Assembly (NCBI GenBank): GCA_963804975.1
Contig: CAWDSG010000002.1
Coordinates: 560,224 to 606,401 of the forward strand
DNA: 46,178 nucleotides
Origin: an uncultured bacterium
GTDB lineage: Bacteria > Patescibacteriota > Minisyncoccia > Phycocordibacterales > GWA1-40-21
Direction: 5' to 3'
Position numbers and translations under genes: made by a program
Shown: piece after piece, positions 9,192 to 17,848 of the stretch
Layout: each line of letters starts with the position of its first letter
Position numbering within the stretch: position 1 is the stretch's first letter
The notes under the pieces: generated by a model
Told to the model about the DNA's origin: nothing
Databases searched by the model: none
Seen by the model: only the letters and a program-made list of their open reading frames with translations

Positions 9192-9752
9192 TTATCTTCC
9201 ATACAGGCCGATAAGTGTTGCGCTATCAACAATGTGTCCTTTCATAGCATCTGTAAGATTTGCTTTGTTTGAAGATTTTGGTATTGAAAGCGCGGTATCA
9301 AGAGCGTAAATTTTGAAATTATAGCGATGGATTCCCGACGGAGGGCATGGCGCAATCCAGCCCGGCTTGCCCAAACTCGTATAACCTTCCACTGAGCCAT
9401 CCGGTATTTTGTCGCTTTCGATAATCGATGCGTCGGAATTAATGTTCCAAATTATCCAATGCACAAAATCTCCGCTTGGCGCGTCGGGATCGTCAACAAT
9501 AAGCGCCAGAGTTTTTGCTTCTTCCGGAATATCGGATATTTCAAGCGGCGGCCGAATTCCATTTCCGTCGCATGTATATTCAGCAGGAATTTTGCCGTTA
9601 TTTTGAAAAGCATCGCTGGTTATTTTCATAGGATTTTGTCCGTTAATATTCTTAATATCGGTTCCTTTATTTTGCGCAACCGCAATTGTAACAATCAAAA
9701 CCACGATAAGCATTATTGCACAAAATAAGCCCGATCGCACTTTGAAATTCAT
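9192..9752 (-). CDS. YbhB/YbcL (PEBP, Raf kinase inhibitor-like) protein
   Basis: YTCDG, VDDPDAP, FVHW, PCPPSGIHRY. Confidence 0.9.
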   Translation of the reverse strand: MNFKVRSGLFCAIMLIVVLIVTIAVAQNKGTDIKNINGQNPMKITSDAFQNNGKIPAEYTCDGNGIRPPLEISDIPEEAKTLALIVDDPDAPSGDFVHWIIWNINSDASIIESDKIPDGSVEGYTSLGKPGWIAPCPPSGIHRYNFKIYALDTALSIPKSSNKANLTDAMKGHIVDSATLIGLYGR

Positions 9753-9772
9753 ATGTTTTATTATAATCCAAA

Positions 9773-9841
9773 ATTACCCCGAGGTTATTACCCCGAGGTT
9801 AAACCTAGGGGGGGGTAATTCCTCCTAGGTTTAACCTCGGG
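9773..9841. repeat. Compound CCCGAGGTT palindrome in a divergent promoter region
   Basis: 14-bp tandem ATTACCCCGAGGTT x2 (9773-9800) and perfect 18-bp IR 9792-9809 / 9824-9841. Confidence 0.8.
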
Positions 9842-9893
9842 ATTTTTCGTCAAGACAATTTTAAGTTTATTGCATTATTGATATAATATCGGG

Positions 9894-10763
9894 ATGAAAT
9901 ATTTTTACGCCTCATTCTCAATAACAATTGCGATCTTGTTTTTTATTCCCGCTTTCTCAATAAACGCAACGGAAGCATTGCCTGTTTTGCATATAACTCC
10001 GGAAAATATTTCAGAGGGCGATCCGATTATGATAACAATATCAGGCACATCAGCTCTGCCGGTCAAAAGTGCCCCTTCCTTATATTTCTTCAGATATAAA
10101 AATATACCGACGGCATTATACGGAGTTGACCTCAGACAAAAAACCGGCACAACAACGGTTGTTGTGACATTTAAAAATGGATTGCAAGCTTCAAGCTCAT
10201 TCTTTGTTGCACCTCGCGTGCAGCCGGAAGAATTTTTGCCGGTGCCGGAGAGTTTGGGCGGAAACAGCGCGGCAAACCAGACAAAAGTGGTGTCGGAACT
10301 TGAAAAAGACAACGCAAGTATAGCTCTTGCCTACTCCCGCAAAGACAAGGCGCTTTGGACAAACATATTTTCATACCCAATTCTCGCTCCAGTCATCGTA
10401 ACGGACCCGTACGGTTTCAGCCGCAACAGCGGCGAATATGTGATTGCCCACAAAGGGGTTGATTTCCACGCTCCGCCCGGCACAAAAGTTTATGCGATAA
10501 ATCGCGGCGTAATAAGAGTGGCAAAAAATTATATTACGTACGGAAACACCATCATCGTTGATCATGGCCTCGGTCTTCTTTCAATTTACATGCATCTTTC
10601 AAAAATATCCGTCAATGTGGGAGAGCTTGTGCAAAAAGGCCAGCTGGTAGGGCTTTCCGGCGAGACAGGATATTCGGAAGGTCCGCACTTGCATTTGAGC
10701 GTGCGCATCAACGGCACATCAATAGATCCGATGGCCTTCTTCTCGTTATTCGGAGTGAAATAA
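9894..10763 (+). CDS. M23 family metallopeptidase
   Basis: HKGVDF, YGNTIIVDHG, YMHLS, GPHLH. Confidence 0.9.
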   Translation: MKYFYASFSITIAILFFIPAFSINATEALPVLHITPENISEGDPIMITISGTSALPVKSAPSLYFFRYKNIPTALYGVDLRQKTGTTTVVVTFKNGLQASSSFFVAPRVQPEEFLPVPESLGGNSAANQTKVVSELEKDNASIALAYSRKDKALWTNIFSYPILAPVIVTDPYGFSRNSGEYVIAHKGVDFHAPPGTKVYAINRGVIRVAKNYITYGNTIIVDHGLGLLSIYMHLSKISVNVGELVQKGQLVGLSGETGYSEGPHLHLSVRINGTSIDPMAFFSLFGVK

Positions 10764-10779
10764 AAAAATAGAATTTAGC

Positions 10780-10808
10780 TTGAAAAATATCATTTTTTAA
10801 AGTATTCT
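10780..10808 (+). promoter_or_regulatory. sigma70-type promoter of tRNA-Gln
   Basis: TTGAAA-17 nt-TATTCT, 9 nt upstream of the tRNA. Confidence 0.6.
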
Positions 10809-10817
10809 TGCATTCAT

Positions 10818-10888
10818 TGCGGGATCGTCTAATGGTAGGACACATCCCTCTGGAGGATGTTATCTTGGTTCGAGTCCAAGTCCCGCAG
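10818..10888 (+). tRNA. tRNA-Gln (CTG)
   Basis: Cloverleaf TGCGGGA/TCCCGCA, anticodon arm CATCC-CTCTGGA-GGATG, GGTTCGAGTCC; CCA not encoded. Confidence 0.95.
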
Positions 10889-10897
10889 CATATAAAA

Positions 10898-11827
10898 TTA
10901 ATTCCTCAGATATTTTCTCACTGCCAGATAGCTTGAGACGGCTCCGAGCAGGATCGCCGAGCCGCAGACAACCCCGAGGATGCTGAAGAAATTGCTCATA
11001 TAATATTGGAACACATCAAAGCCGACAAAATAAACTCCGTAATATCTGTTTATCAAAAATGTTATCAGGGCAAAAAGCACAAGTACAAGAAATGCCGATA
11101 TAAGCCCGCAAAATACTCCGCTCACCACAAACGGCCCTTTGACATATTTATTTGAGGCGCCGACAAGCCGCATTACGGAAATTTCGTCCTTTGCCATAAA
11201 AATAGTGAGTCGGATCGTGTTGAATGTAACGACAACGGAAATAATAATGAACAGGATTGCAAGCCATAAGCCGATCAGATTCGCGGAGTTGATAATGCTG
11301 TTGAGACGGTCTATGACAATCTTATTCTGGGAATAATTTATGGTGTCTATGATTTTTGAACCGTTCGAAGAGAGAAGTTCATTGCTGTTACCGCCCAAAA
11401 AATCCGCAATGCCGGCATATTGCGAAGGATTTTTTGCTTTTATATTGAGCGACGCTCCCAGAGGATTCTCTCCAAGCTCATCAAGCGCCGCAAGAGTCAA
11501 ACTATCGTTCTGATGCTTGATTTCAAAATTCGCCAAGGCCTGATCGCGAGACGTATAAGTAACACTCCCTACTTCAGGCAATGCTTCAAGTGATTTTTGC
11601 ACCGCCAAAATATCCTGTTCATTTGCCGTCGTCACAAAATAAACCGTAACGTCAACTTTGTCTTTAACTTTCAGAAGGCTGTAATTTAGAAAGCTGCCAA
11701 GCACCATCATGGAAACGATTATAAAAAGCGTAATGGTCATGACCAAAACGGAAGAAAGCGAAACAATGCCGCTTCTGAAAAAATTCTGCAATCCTGATTT
11801 AAAAATTCTTTTTATAGACAGCCACAT
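10898..11827 (-). CDS. ftsX: Cell division permease FtsX
   Basis: 4 TM, ENPL, NTIRLTIF..KDEISVMRLVGAS; downstream of ftsE. Confidence 0.92.
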   Translation of the reverse strand: MWLSIKRIFKSGLQNFFRSGIVSLSSVLVMTITLFIIVSMMVLGSFLNYSLLKVKDKVDVTVYFVTTANEQDILAVQKSLEALPEVGSVTYTSRDQALANFEIKHQNDSLTLAALDELGENPLGASLNIKAKNPSQYAGIADFLGGNSNELLSSNGSKIIDTINYSQNKIVIDRLNSIINSANLIGLWLAILFIIISVVVTFNTIRLTIFMAKDEISVMRLVGASNKYVKGPFVVSGVFCGLISAFLVLVLFALITFLINRYYGVYFVGFDVFQYYMSNFFSILGVVCGSAILLGAVSSYLAVRKYLRN

Positions 11828-11845
11828 ATATAAATTATATCATAA

Positions 11846-12526
11846 TTACATTGAATATTTCCCTGTCGGATCATCCCTGACGATTTTGCCTTTTTCCAAA
11901 GTCAGCACTCTTTTGCCAAGCGAATCAATAACTCCTTTATTGTGTGTCGTCAGGATGATTGTCGTGCCAAGATCGTTTATTTTTTTTAAAATTTGGATAA
12001 TTTCGTAAGTGTTGATCGGATCCAAGTTGCCGGTCGGCTCATCGGCAACGATAATGTCCGGCTGATTGACTATCGCTCTCGCAATAGCGACACGCTGTTT
12101 TTCTCCGCCTGAAAGCTCGTGAGGAAAATTCAATGCTTTTTCGGACAGGTTGACGAGTTCAAGCACATGCGGAACATCGGAGTGAATTTCCTCATCGCTC
12201 CGACCGGAAACTTCCATGGCAAAAGCGATATTTTCGTAAATGGTCTTATTCGGCAAAAGGCGAAAATCCTGGAAAACCGTGCCGATTTTCCGCCTGAAAT
12301 AACTGATCTCGTGTCTTGTCAGTTTGTGTACATCAAGCGATTCGTAAAAAACTTTGCCTCTTGTCGGTTTTTCTTCCGCAAGGAGCATTTTTACCAAAGT
12401 TGTCTTGCCGGCGCCGGAATGCCCGACAATAGAAACGAATTCTTTCGGTTCAATGGAAAGCGTCACGTCTTCAAGGGCAACCGTGTTGCCTGAATATATC
12501 TTTGTAACTTTCTCAAAAAGAATCAT
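11846..12526 (-). CDS. ftsE: Cell division ATP-binding protein FtsE
   Basis: GHSGAGKTT, VFQDFRLL, LSGGEKQR, DEPTGNLD. Confidence 0.95.
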   Translation of the reverse strand: MILFEKVTKIYSGNTVALEDVTLSIEPKEFVSIVGHSGAGKTTLVKMLLAEEKPTRGKVFYESLDVHKLTRHEISYFRRKIGTVFQDFRLLPNKTIYENIAFAMEVSGRSDEEIHSDVPHVLELVNLSEKALNFPHELSGGEKQRVAIARAIVNQPDIIVADEPTGNLDPINTYEIIQILKKINDLGTTIILTTHNKGVIDSLGKRVLTLEKGKIVRDDPTGKYSM

Positions 12527-12535
12527 GAATAATTA

Positions 12536-13408
12536 TTATATCACATTTTTCTCTGCTTCAATAAATTCATCAAGTTCGCCGCTGAGCACTTTATCAATCT
12601 GCGATGTCTCCACGCCAGTGCGATGGTCTTTTATCATTTTATAAGGATGAAAAACATAAGAGCGGATCTGATTTCCCCAGTCAATGGAAATTGTCTTGCT
12701 TATATGAGCGCCTTCGTGTTCAACTTTTTTCTCTTCTTCCTTCAGTTTGTATAATTTTCCTTTCAAAATCTGCATGGCTTTTTCCTTATTCTGGGCTTGA
12801 GATCTTTCGGATGCAGAACGCACGGATATACCGGTAGGAATATGGGTAATCCTTACCGCAGTTTCTCTTTTGTTTACATTCTGGCCTCCCGGACCGCCGG
12901 CTTTTGACATTTCATATTTCAAATCATTTTCGGAGATTTCCACTTCACCGTCCTTTTCAATTTTCGGCACAACTTCAACCATTGAAAAAGATGTCTGTCT
13001 CAAATTTTTCGCATTAAACGGAGAAAGCCGGACCAGACGATGCACACCGGATTCATTTTTCAGCGTGCCGTAAGCATCCGGGCCCAAAATTTCAATCGTG
13101 ATATTCCTATATCCGCCATGGTCATTTTCTGTTTCGTCCAATATTTTATAATCCCAATTATTTTTTGTGAAAAATTTGGAATACATTTCAAAAAGTATTC
13201 TGGAAAAATCCTCTGCGTCATCCCCGCCCGCGCCCGAAAAAATAGTCATAATGGCATGGCCTTTGTTGTATTTATCCTTGCCTAAAAGCTCCGATTTCAA
13301 AAAATTCACTTCTTTCAGTATCGCCTGCGCCTTGGCTTTGTCGTTCCAAAAATCCGGACTTTGTATCCGGCTTTCCAATTCTTTGATTTTTTGTTCAATA
13401 TTCTCCAT
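12536..13408 (-). CDS. prfB: Peptide chain release factor 2 (short form, no programmed frameshift)
   Basis: GVHRLVRLSPF (SPF anticodon tripeptide), GGQ, WGNQIRSYV. Confidence 0.92.
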   Translation of the reverse strand: MENIEQKIKELESRIQSPDFWNDKAKAQAILKEVNFLKSELLGKDKYNKGHAIMTIFSGAGGDDAEDFSRILFEMYSKFFTKNNWDYKILDETENDHGGYRNITIEILGPDAYGTLKNESGVHRLVRLSPFNAKNLRQTSFSMVEVVPKIEKDGEVEISENDLKYEMSKAGGPGGQNVNKRETAVRITHIPTGISVRSASERSQAQNKEKAMQILKGKLYKLKEEEKKVEHEGAHISKTISIDWGNQIRSYVFHPYKMIKDHRTGVETSQIDKVLSGELDEFIEAEKNVI

Positions 13409-13409
13409 G

Positions 13410-13482
13410 AGCCACCTCCGAGGATCGGACTCGGGACCCCATCTTTACGAAAGATGTGCTCTACCAACTGAGCTAAGGTGGC
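13410..13482 (-). tRNA. tRNA-Thr (CGT)
   Basis: GCCACCT/AGGTGGC acceptor, CATCT-TTCGTAA-AGATG; T-loop TCCGATC. Confidence 0.92.
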
Positions 13483-13497
13483 TTTTATCTTTTCGTG

Positions 13498-13570
13498 AGC
13501 CGTTGACCAGGATCGGACTGGTGACCTCGTCATTACCAATGACGTGCTCTACCAACTGAGCTACAACGGC
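13498..13570 (-). tRNA. tRNA-Thr (GGT)
   Basis: GCCGTTG/CAACGGC acceptor, CGTCA-TTGGTAA-TGACG; T-loop TCCGATC. Confidence 0.92.
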
Positions 13571-13650
13571 CTATTTAAAAATTCAAATAACTTAAAGAAT
13601 ATTAAGCGATTTTTGCCTTTTTTGCAATTATGCTATCATTCAATATAATT

Positions 13651-14199
13651 ATGAATCAGAGATTGGGATTCAGAGCGCTGGTTGTATATATCATAAAAGG
13701 CGTATTGCCGGGAGTTGTTCTTTTGTTTTTGACATTCATTGTTCTTTCCGCAAAAAATACCCTGATAAATATTTTTATAGGATCGGGATATACCGGCTCT
13801 GATTCCATAAATAAAATTATTTTGTTCTTGATCGGCGGGTTCTATATCTTGTCTTTTTTGATTCTTGTTCTCGGCGTAACGATCAATCTCCTGCATTACA
13901 TCGGATGCAGATTCGGAATGGATGATTACGGTTTCAAACTCCATCGCGGCATCATAAGCAGAGACGAAGTTTCAATTCCTTACAGGCAAATCCAAGATGT
14001 GAATGTTGACCAGAGCATTTTTGGGCGGATTATCGGCGTCGGGAAACTCATCATATTGACCGCCGCAAACAACGAGAAAGAAAAGCACGGCGAAGAATCG
14101 GAGGTTGTGCTCGGCACCATTGACATATCAATCGCAAAATCCCTCCAAAAACAGCTTATTGAAAAAAGCTCAATTCAGCTGGTCAAAGAAGCGAAATAA
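13651..14199 (+). CDS. Membrane protein with bacterial PH domain (bPH_2-like)
   Basis: 2 TM then RGIISR..IPYRQIQDVNVDQSIFGRIIG; start at 13651 preferred over 13630. Confidence 0.8.
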   Translation: MNQRLGFRALVVYIIKGVLPGVVLLFLTFIVLSAKNTLINIFIGSGYTGSDSINKIILFLIGGFYILSFLILVLGVTINLLHYIGCRFGMDDYGFKLHRGIISRDEVSIPYRQIQDVNVDQSIFGRIIGVGKLIILTAANNEKEKHGEESEVVLGTIDISIAKSLQKQLIEKSSIQLVKEAK

Positions 14200-14216
14200 A
14201 TTTGGAATTATTGAAT

Positions 14217-15173
14217 ATGAAAAACATTGTGACATTCGGCGGCGCAAGCGGACATATGCAAGTGCTTCTTGCTCTTAAAGATATTTCGGATATAAAAATA
14301 ACTGCGATCTGCCCGAGTACAGATTCGGGCGGTTCAACCGGCATAATGAAAAATGTTTATGGCGGAAGCGGTTATCTCGGAGATCTGACCAAATGCATCG
14401 TCGCCCTTTCCAACAACAAAATCCTTTCAAAGGCCCTGATGTACCGCTATATTGGCGGGCCGATAGAAGGGCATACCGTAAAAAATCTGTTGTTTTTCGC
14501 GCTTGAAAAGACAGGAAATTTAAAATCGGCGCTCTCGGAAATGGCGGAAATTTGCAAAATCGGCGTACACCGAGTATTGCCGGTTACCGACAAAAAAACC
14601 GAGCTTAGGGCGCGGCTTGAAATCGGCAATGAAATTTCAGGAGAAACGAATATAGATAATATCGCCAAAAATCCTCTTTGGAATCCGAATGTCCATTCCA
14701 TAAAAAATGTCTGCCTAACACCTAGTGTCAAAGCTTCAAAAAATGTCCTCTCCGAAATAGAAAAGGCGGAATACATAATCATTTCGCCAGGCGACTTGTA
14801 TTCAAGCATCATTCCGACGCTTCTGCCCGAGGGCATCACAGAATCAATCAAAAAGAGCGGAGCAAAAATTATCCTGTTTTTGAATATCATGACCAAACAA
14901 GGCGAAACGGACAATTACACTGCTTCGGATTTTATAAATAAAATTGAAAAATATCTGGATAAAAAAGTGGATCATATAATTTGCAATAATTATAAGATTC
15001 CCAAAAAAGTCCTTTTGAATTATTCTTTGGAAAGCAAGGTGGAATTGAGCAAATTCGTCAAAAAATCCGACAAAAGAGTATCATTCGCGCCGCTTGCGAT
15101 GGTGAACAAAGCCGGCGCCCTCATCAGCAATCCGAAAGTCATAAAAAAGTGCGTGATAAAGATTATGAAATAA
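14217..15173 (+). CDS. YvcK/GlmR (UPF0052/CofD-like) protein
   Basis: IVTFGGASG, DSGGSTG, SPGDLYSSIIP, NIMTKQGET; ATG at 14217. Confidence 0.9.
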   Translation: MKNIVTFGGASGHMQVLLALKDISDIKITAICPSTDSGGSTGIMKNVYGGSGYLGDLTKCIVALSNNKILSKALMYRYIGGPIEGHTVKNLLFFALEKTGNLKSALSEMAEICKIGVHRVLPVTDKKTELRARLEIGNEISGETNIDNIAKNPLWNPNVHSIKNVCLTPSVKASKNVLSEIEKAEYIIISPGDLYSSIIPTLLPEGITESIKKSGAKIILFLNIMTKQGETDNYTASDFINKIEKYLDKKVDHIICNNYKIPKKVLLNYSLESKVELSKFVKKSDKRVSFAPLAMVNKAGALISNPKVIKKCVIKIMK

Positions 15174-15207
15174 AAAATCCCCGATGTTTTATTTCGGAGA
15201 TTTTTTA
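15171..15207. terminator. Bidirectional intrinsic terminator
   Basis: TAAAAAATCCCCGA ... TCGGAGATTTTTTA between convergent genes. Confidence 0.7.
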
Positions 15208-15219
15208 ATAATCATATTT

Positions 15220-17703
15220 TTAGTTCGCGCTCTGCACCGTCACTGCATTTGTCGGATAATTCACAATATGAGATCCATCCAGAGCTCCTTCTGATGATCC
15301 TCCGTTCACATCAGTCCATTTGAATAAATATGAACTATTTAATCCTGTTTGAACCGACTGGGCCATACCTGTAAAACCGGATACTTTTGCAAAAATTTTA
15401 AATGTTTGCGAAGAGCCGGCTAAAATTCTGTAGCCGCCTGTAAATGTCAGATTGACTTTGCCAGTGCCGTTTGCAGGAACAGAAAGCGTGCCGTTCACAA
15501 TTGCTAATGTATTGCCGCTTTGATCTTTTACAACAACCGATTGGCTTGGAATTGAAAGACCAAGACCAAGGAAAGAACCTGGACCGCTTGTCGTCACCAT
15601 AATCGGCAATTGGTCAACACTAATATCTCCCGATGAATTGGCTGAAACAGTGACATCTATGAGTTCCGGCTGAGCACTCAATAAATTGGACGGAGATGAA
15701 ACCGTTATCGTCGGTTTTGAAGCGACAAGAAACATCGGCTCTGATGAAATAATCGTGCTGACTGTATTTGCAGGAGATTTAACCGTATCTAATTCAAGAC
15801 CGCTTGAAAGTCCGTCTATTGAAAGACCGCCAGTCCCGACTTTATTATATGTAACCGATACCGGAATATTAACACCGGCAAGTCCTGAAGGAACAAGAAT
15901 ATTCAAACCTGTAAGAATTGCTTTTCCTGCAACTACGGGAGTTGTGACTCCGCCGGCAGTGACTGAAACGATTACGCCATTATCTTCCGTTTGAAAATCC
16001 ATTTCCGTAACAACTGAGCTGCCGACAGAATTTGCCACATTATAAATTGCTATCGGCGAAGTTGACCCTCCTATCACATACTGCGGTACCGGAGAACCGC
16101 TTACCAGATTGCTGCTTACGCTTATCGGACCGACTGAAATTACTGAAGAGACGACAAAAATTGTTTGGCCAGATGCACCATTTCCAGATATTGTTGCACC
16201 TGCAGCTGTAACCGTAAGAGTTGTTGTAATCGTGCTTGTGCCGTTTGTTGTTATTGCGCCAACATCCGCAAAAATATCAACTTCCAAACTTGCATTTGCG
16301 ACTATGACATTATTCACAGAAAAATTGTTTGATGTGCTTGGATTAACAGGATTATTTACCAGTGAAATTCTTAAATTTGCCAAACTTGTCAGAGGAATCG
16401 TACCGCCAATACCAACCGTGATATTGCTTAATTGAATATTTGTAGTAGCCGAATGATTTTGCAAAATAAATGAACCAATCTTTTGATATGATGTGTTCGC
16501 AATAATAGTTTGATCTGTAAAATTACCGTTCTTTGCAATTAATAATGGACTGGCTGAAACTGGTGTGGAAGTTGGAGTTTGAGTTACTGGTGTAATAGTA
16601 AATGGCAATGTGTTGCTCGTTCCTGTTGGTGTAGAAATACTGAGGTTATAGGCGCTTGCACCGCTGAAAAGTCTTACGTCTGCAACAAACTGAACTTCAG
16701 TATTACTGTTGAATGTTGGAGTTATACCGTCTGTTCCACCACAGCCAGAATTGTCGGCGCAAGACAAGTTTACTTTGTTTGCACCGCTTAAATTTGTTCC
16801 ATAAATTGTAAGAGTAGGACTTGTTGTTAAATTATCAGATATTGAATTTGGAGACACTGAAGTGATTGTCGGAGCTGAAGTTGGAGTTGTTACGGTTGTC
16901 GTAGTATTTGCTGAAACATTCACAGAACTTATTTTTACGCTTGAATTGTAAGAATAGAATCCGATATTTCCAGCCGACATAAAATCATTGTCACTTGCTT
17001 GCGCAGTCCATACGAAAGGTTCATTTGTTCCATCCTGCCAAATTTTTCCGGAAATAGTGTTGCCGGAAACCTGTAATTTCAGGTCGTACCAGACATTGTC
17101 CTGAAGATTTACTGAATTGCCTCCGTTAAGATTTTGCGGATTCTGATCGCCACCATGGAACTTTGAAATCATAGTGCCGCTTGTACCTCCCCATGATGTG
17201 GAGAAGCAGTAGCCGTTTCCTTGAGAATCCATTCTTGCGCAGATGCCGGCTTCATTTTGGCCAGCAAGAAATTGAACTCTCGCTGTCACGGCATAATCGG
17301 ATCCTAAATTTCCAAAACCAGAATTTTCTATTTTATAATGCAAAGCGCCAAGTTGGTCTTGAGATAAAATACTGTTTGAATTCTGCCAATCGCCGTATCC
17401 GCTCAAGCTGTTCCATGAGACATAAATCGGGCTCCAGCCGTTTAAGTTTGAAGCTACAAATGTGTTTGTATTCGTAGTTGGTGTCGTTATTGGATTATTT
17501 ATTATTGGAGTTGTGGTTATCGATTTACCCGTAAGATCTGCTTCTACTTCTGCGATTGTTGATGCGCTGGCTCCAAACGCTTGAAGTAAACCGATAATTG
17601 CGTTCACTTGCGCTTGTGTTAGCGCAGCTGCTTGCGCGACATTTCCCCCAAACAATGAGAGAACTATTGCGCCTGTTAAAATAAAACCTATATATTTTTT
17701 CAT
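15220..17703 (-). CDS. Large secreted Ser/Thr-rich surface (S-layer-like) protein with lectin-like and IPT/TIG-like domains
   Basis: Signal peptide, LTQAQVNAIIGLLQAFGA, WYDLKLQVSGNTISGKIW..AGNIGFY, APTITSVSP..LTIYGTNL..GTSNTLPFTI. Confidence 0.8.
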   Translation of the reverse strand: MKKYIGFILTGAIVLSLFGGNVAQAAALTQAQVNAIIGLLQAFGASASTIAEVEADLTGKSITTTPIINNPITTPTTNTNTFVASNLNGWSPIYVSWNSLSGYGDWQNSNSILSQDQLGALHYKIENSGFGNLGSDYAVTARVQFLAGQNEAGICARMDSQGNGYCFSTSWGGTSGTMISKFHGGDQNPQNLNGGNSVNLQDNVWYDLKLQVSGNTISGKIWQDGTNEPFVWTAQASDNDFMSAGNIGFYSYNSSVKISSVNVSANTTTTVTTPTSAPTITSVSPNSISDNLTTSPTLTIYGTNLSGANKVNLSCADNSGCGGTDGITPTFNSNTEVQFVADVRLFSGASAYNLSISTPTGTSNTLPFTITPVTQTPTSTPVSASPLLIAKNGNFTDQTIIANTSYQKIGSFILQNHSATTNIQLSNITVGIGGTIPLTSLANLRISLVNNPVNPSTSNNFSVNNVIVANASLEVDIFADVGAITTNGTSTITTTLTVTAAGATISGNGASGQTIFVVSSVISVGPISVSSNLVSGSPVPQYVIGGSTSPIAIYNVANSVGSSVVTEMDFQTEDNGVIVSVTAGGVTTPVVAGKAILTGLNILVPSGLAGVNIPVSVTYNKVGTGGLSIDGLSSGLELDTVKSPANTVSTIISSEPMFLVASKPTITVSSPSNLLSAQPELIDVTVSANSSGDISVDQLPIMVTTSGPGSFLGLGLSIPSQSVVVKDQSGNTLAIVNGTLSVPANGTGKVNLTFTGGYRILAGSSQTFKIFAKVSGFTGMAQSVQTGLNSSYLFKWTDVNGGSSEGALDGSHIVNYPTNAVTVQSAN

Positions 17704-17767
17704 AATGTTATTATACTTGCCATAAAGGCAAGAAAATTAAACTTAGTAAAGTTTGCAACTTACCTGT

Positions 17768-17796
17768 ATTTTACCCCCCCTCGATGATAAAGTCAA
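17768..17796 (-). promoter_or_regulatory. sigma70-type promoter of the surface protein gene
   Basis: TTGACT-17 nt-TAAAAT on the minus strand. Confidence 0.6.
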
Positions 17797-17799
17797 CAA

Positions 17800-17830
17800 T
17801 AAAACCCCGAGGTAAAACCTCAGGGTTTTA
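17800..17830. repeat. CCCGAGGT-family palindrome, probable terminator of the amidase gene
   Basis: TAAAACCCCGAGGT-AAA-ACCTCAGGGTTTTA. Confidence 0.75.
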
Positions 17831-17848
17831 TTTCAGAAAGCTCGCTTG

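Noticed and set aside
13315-13539. ORF overlapping the prfB start, a possible frameshifted first segment of RF2
   Set aside because: It lies on two tRNA genes, has no RF2-like sequence and no CTT-TGA slippery site
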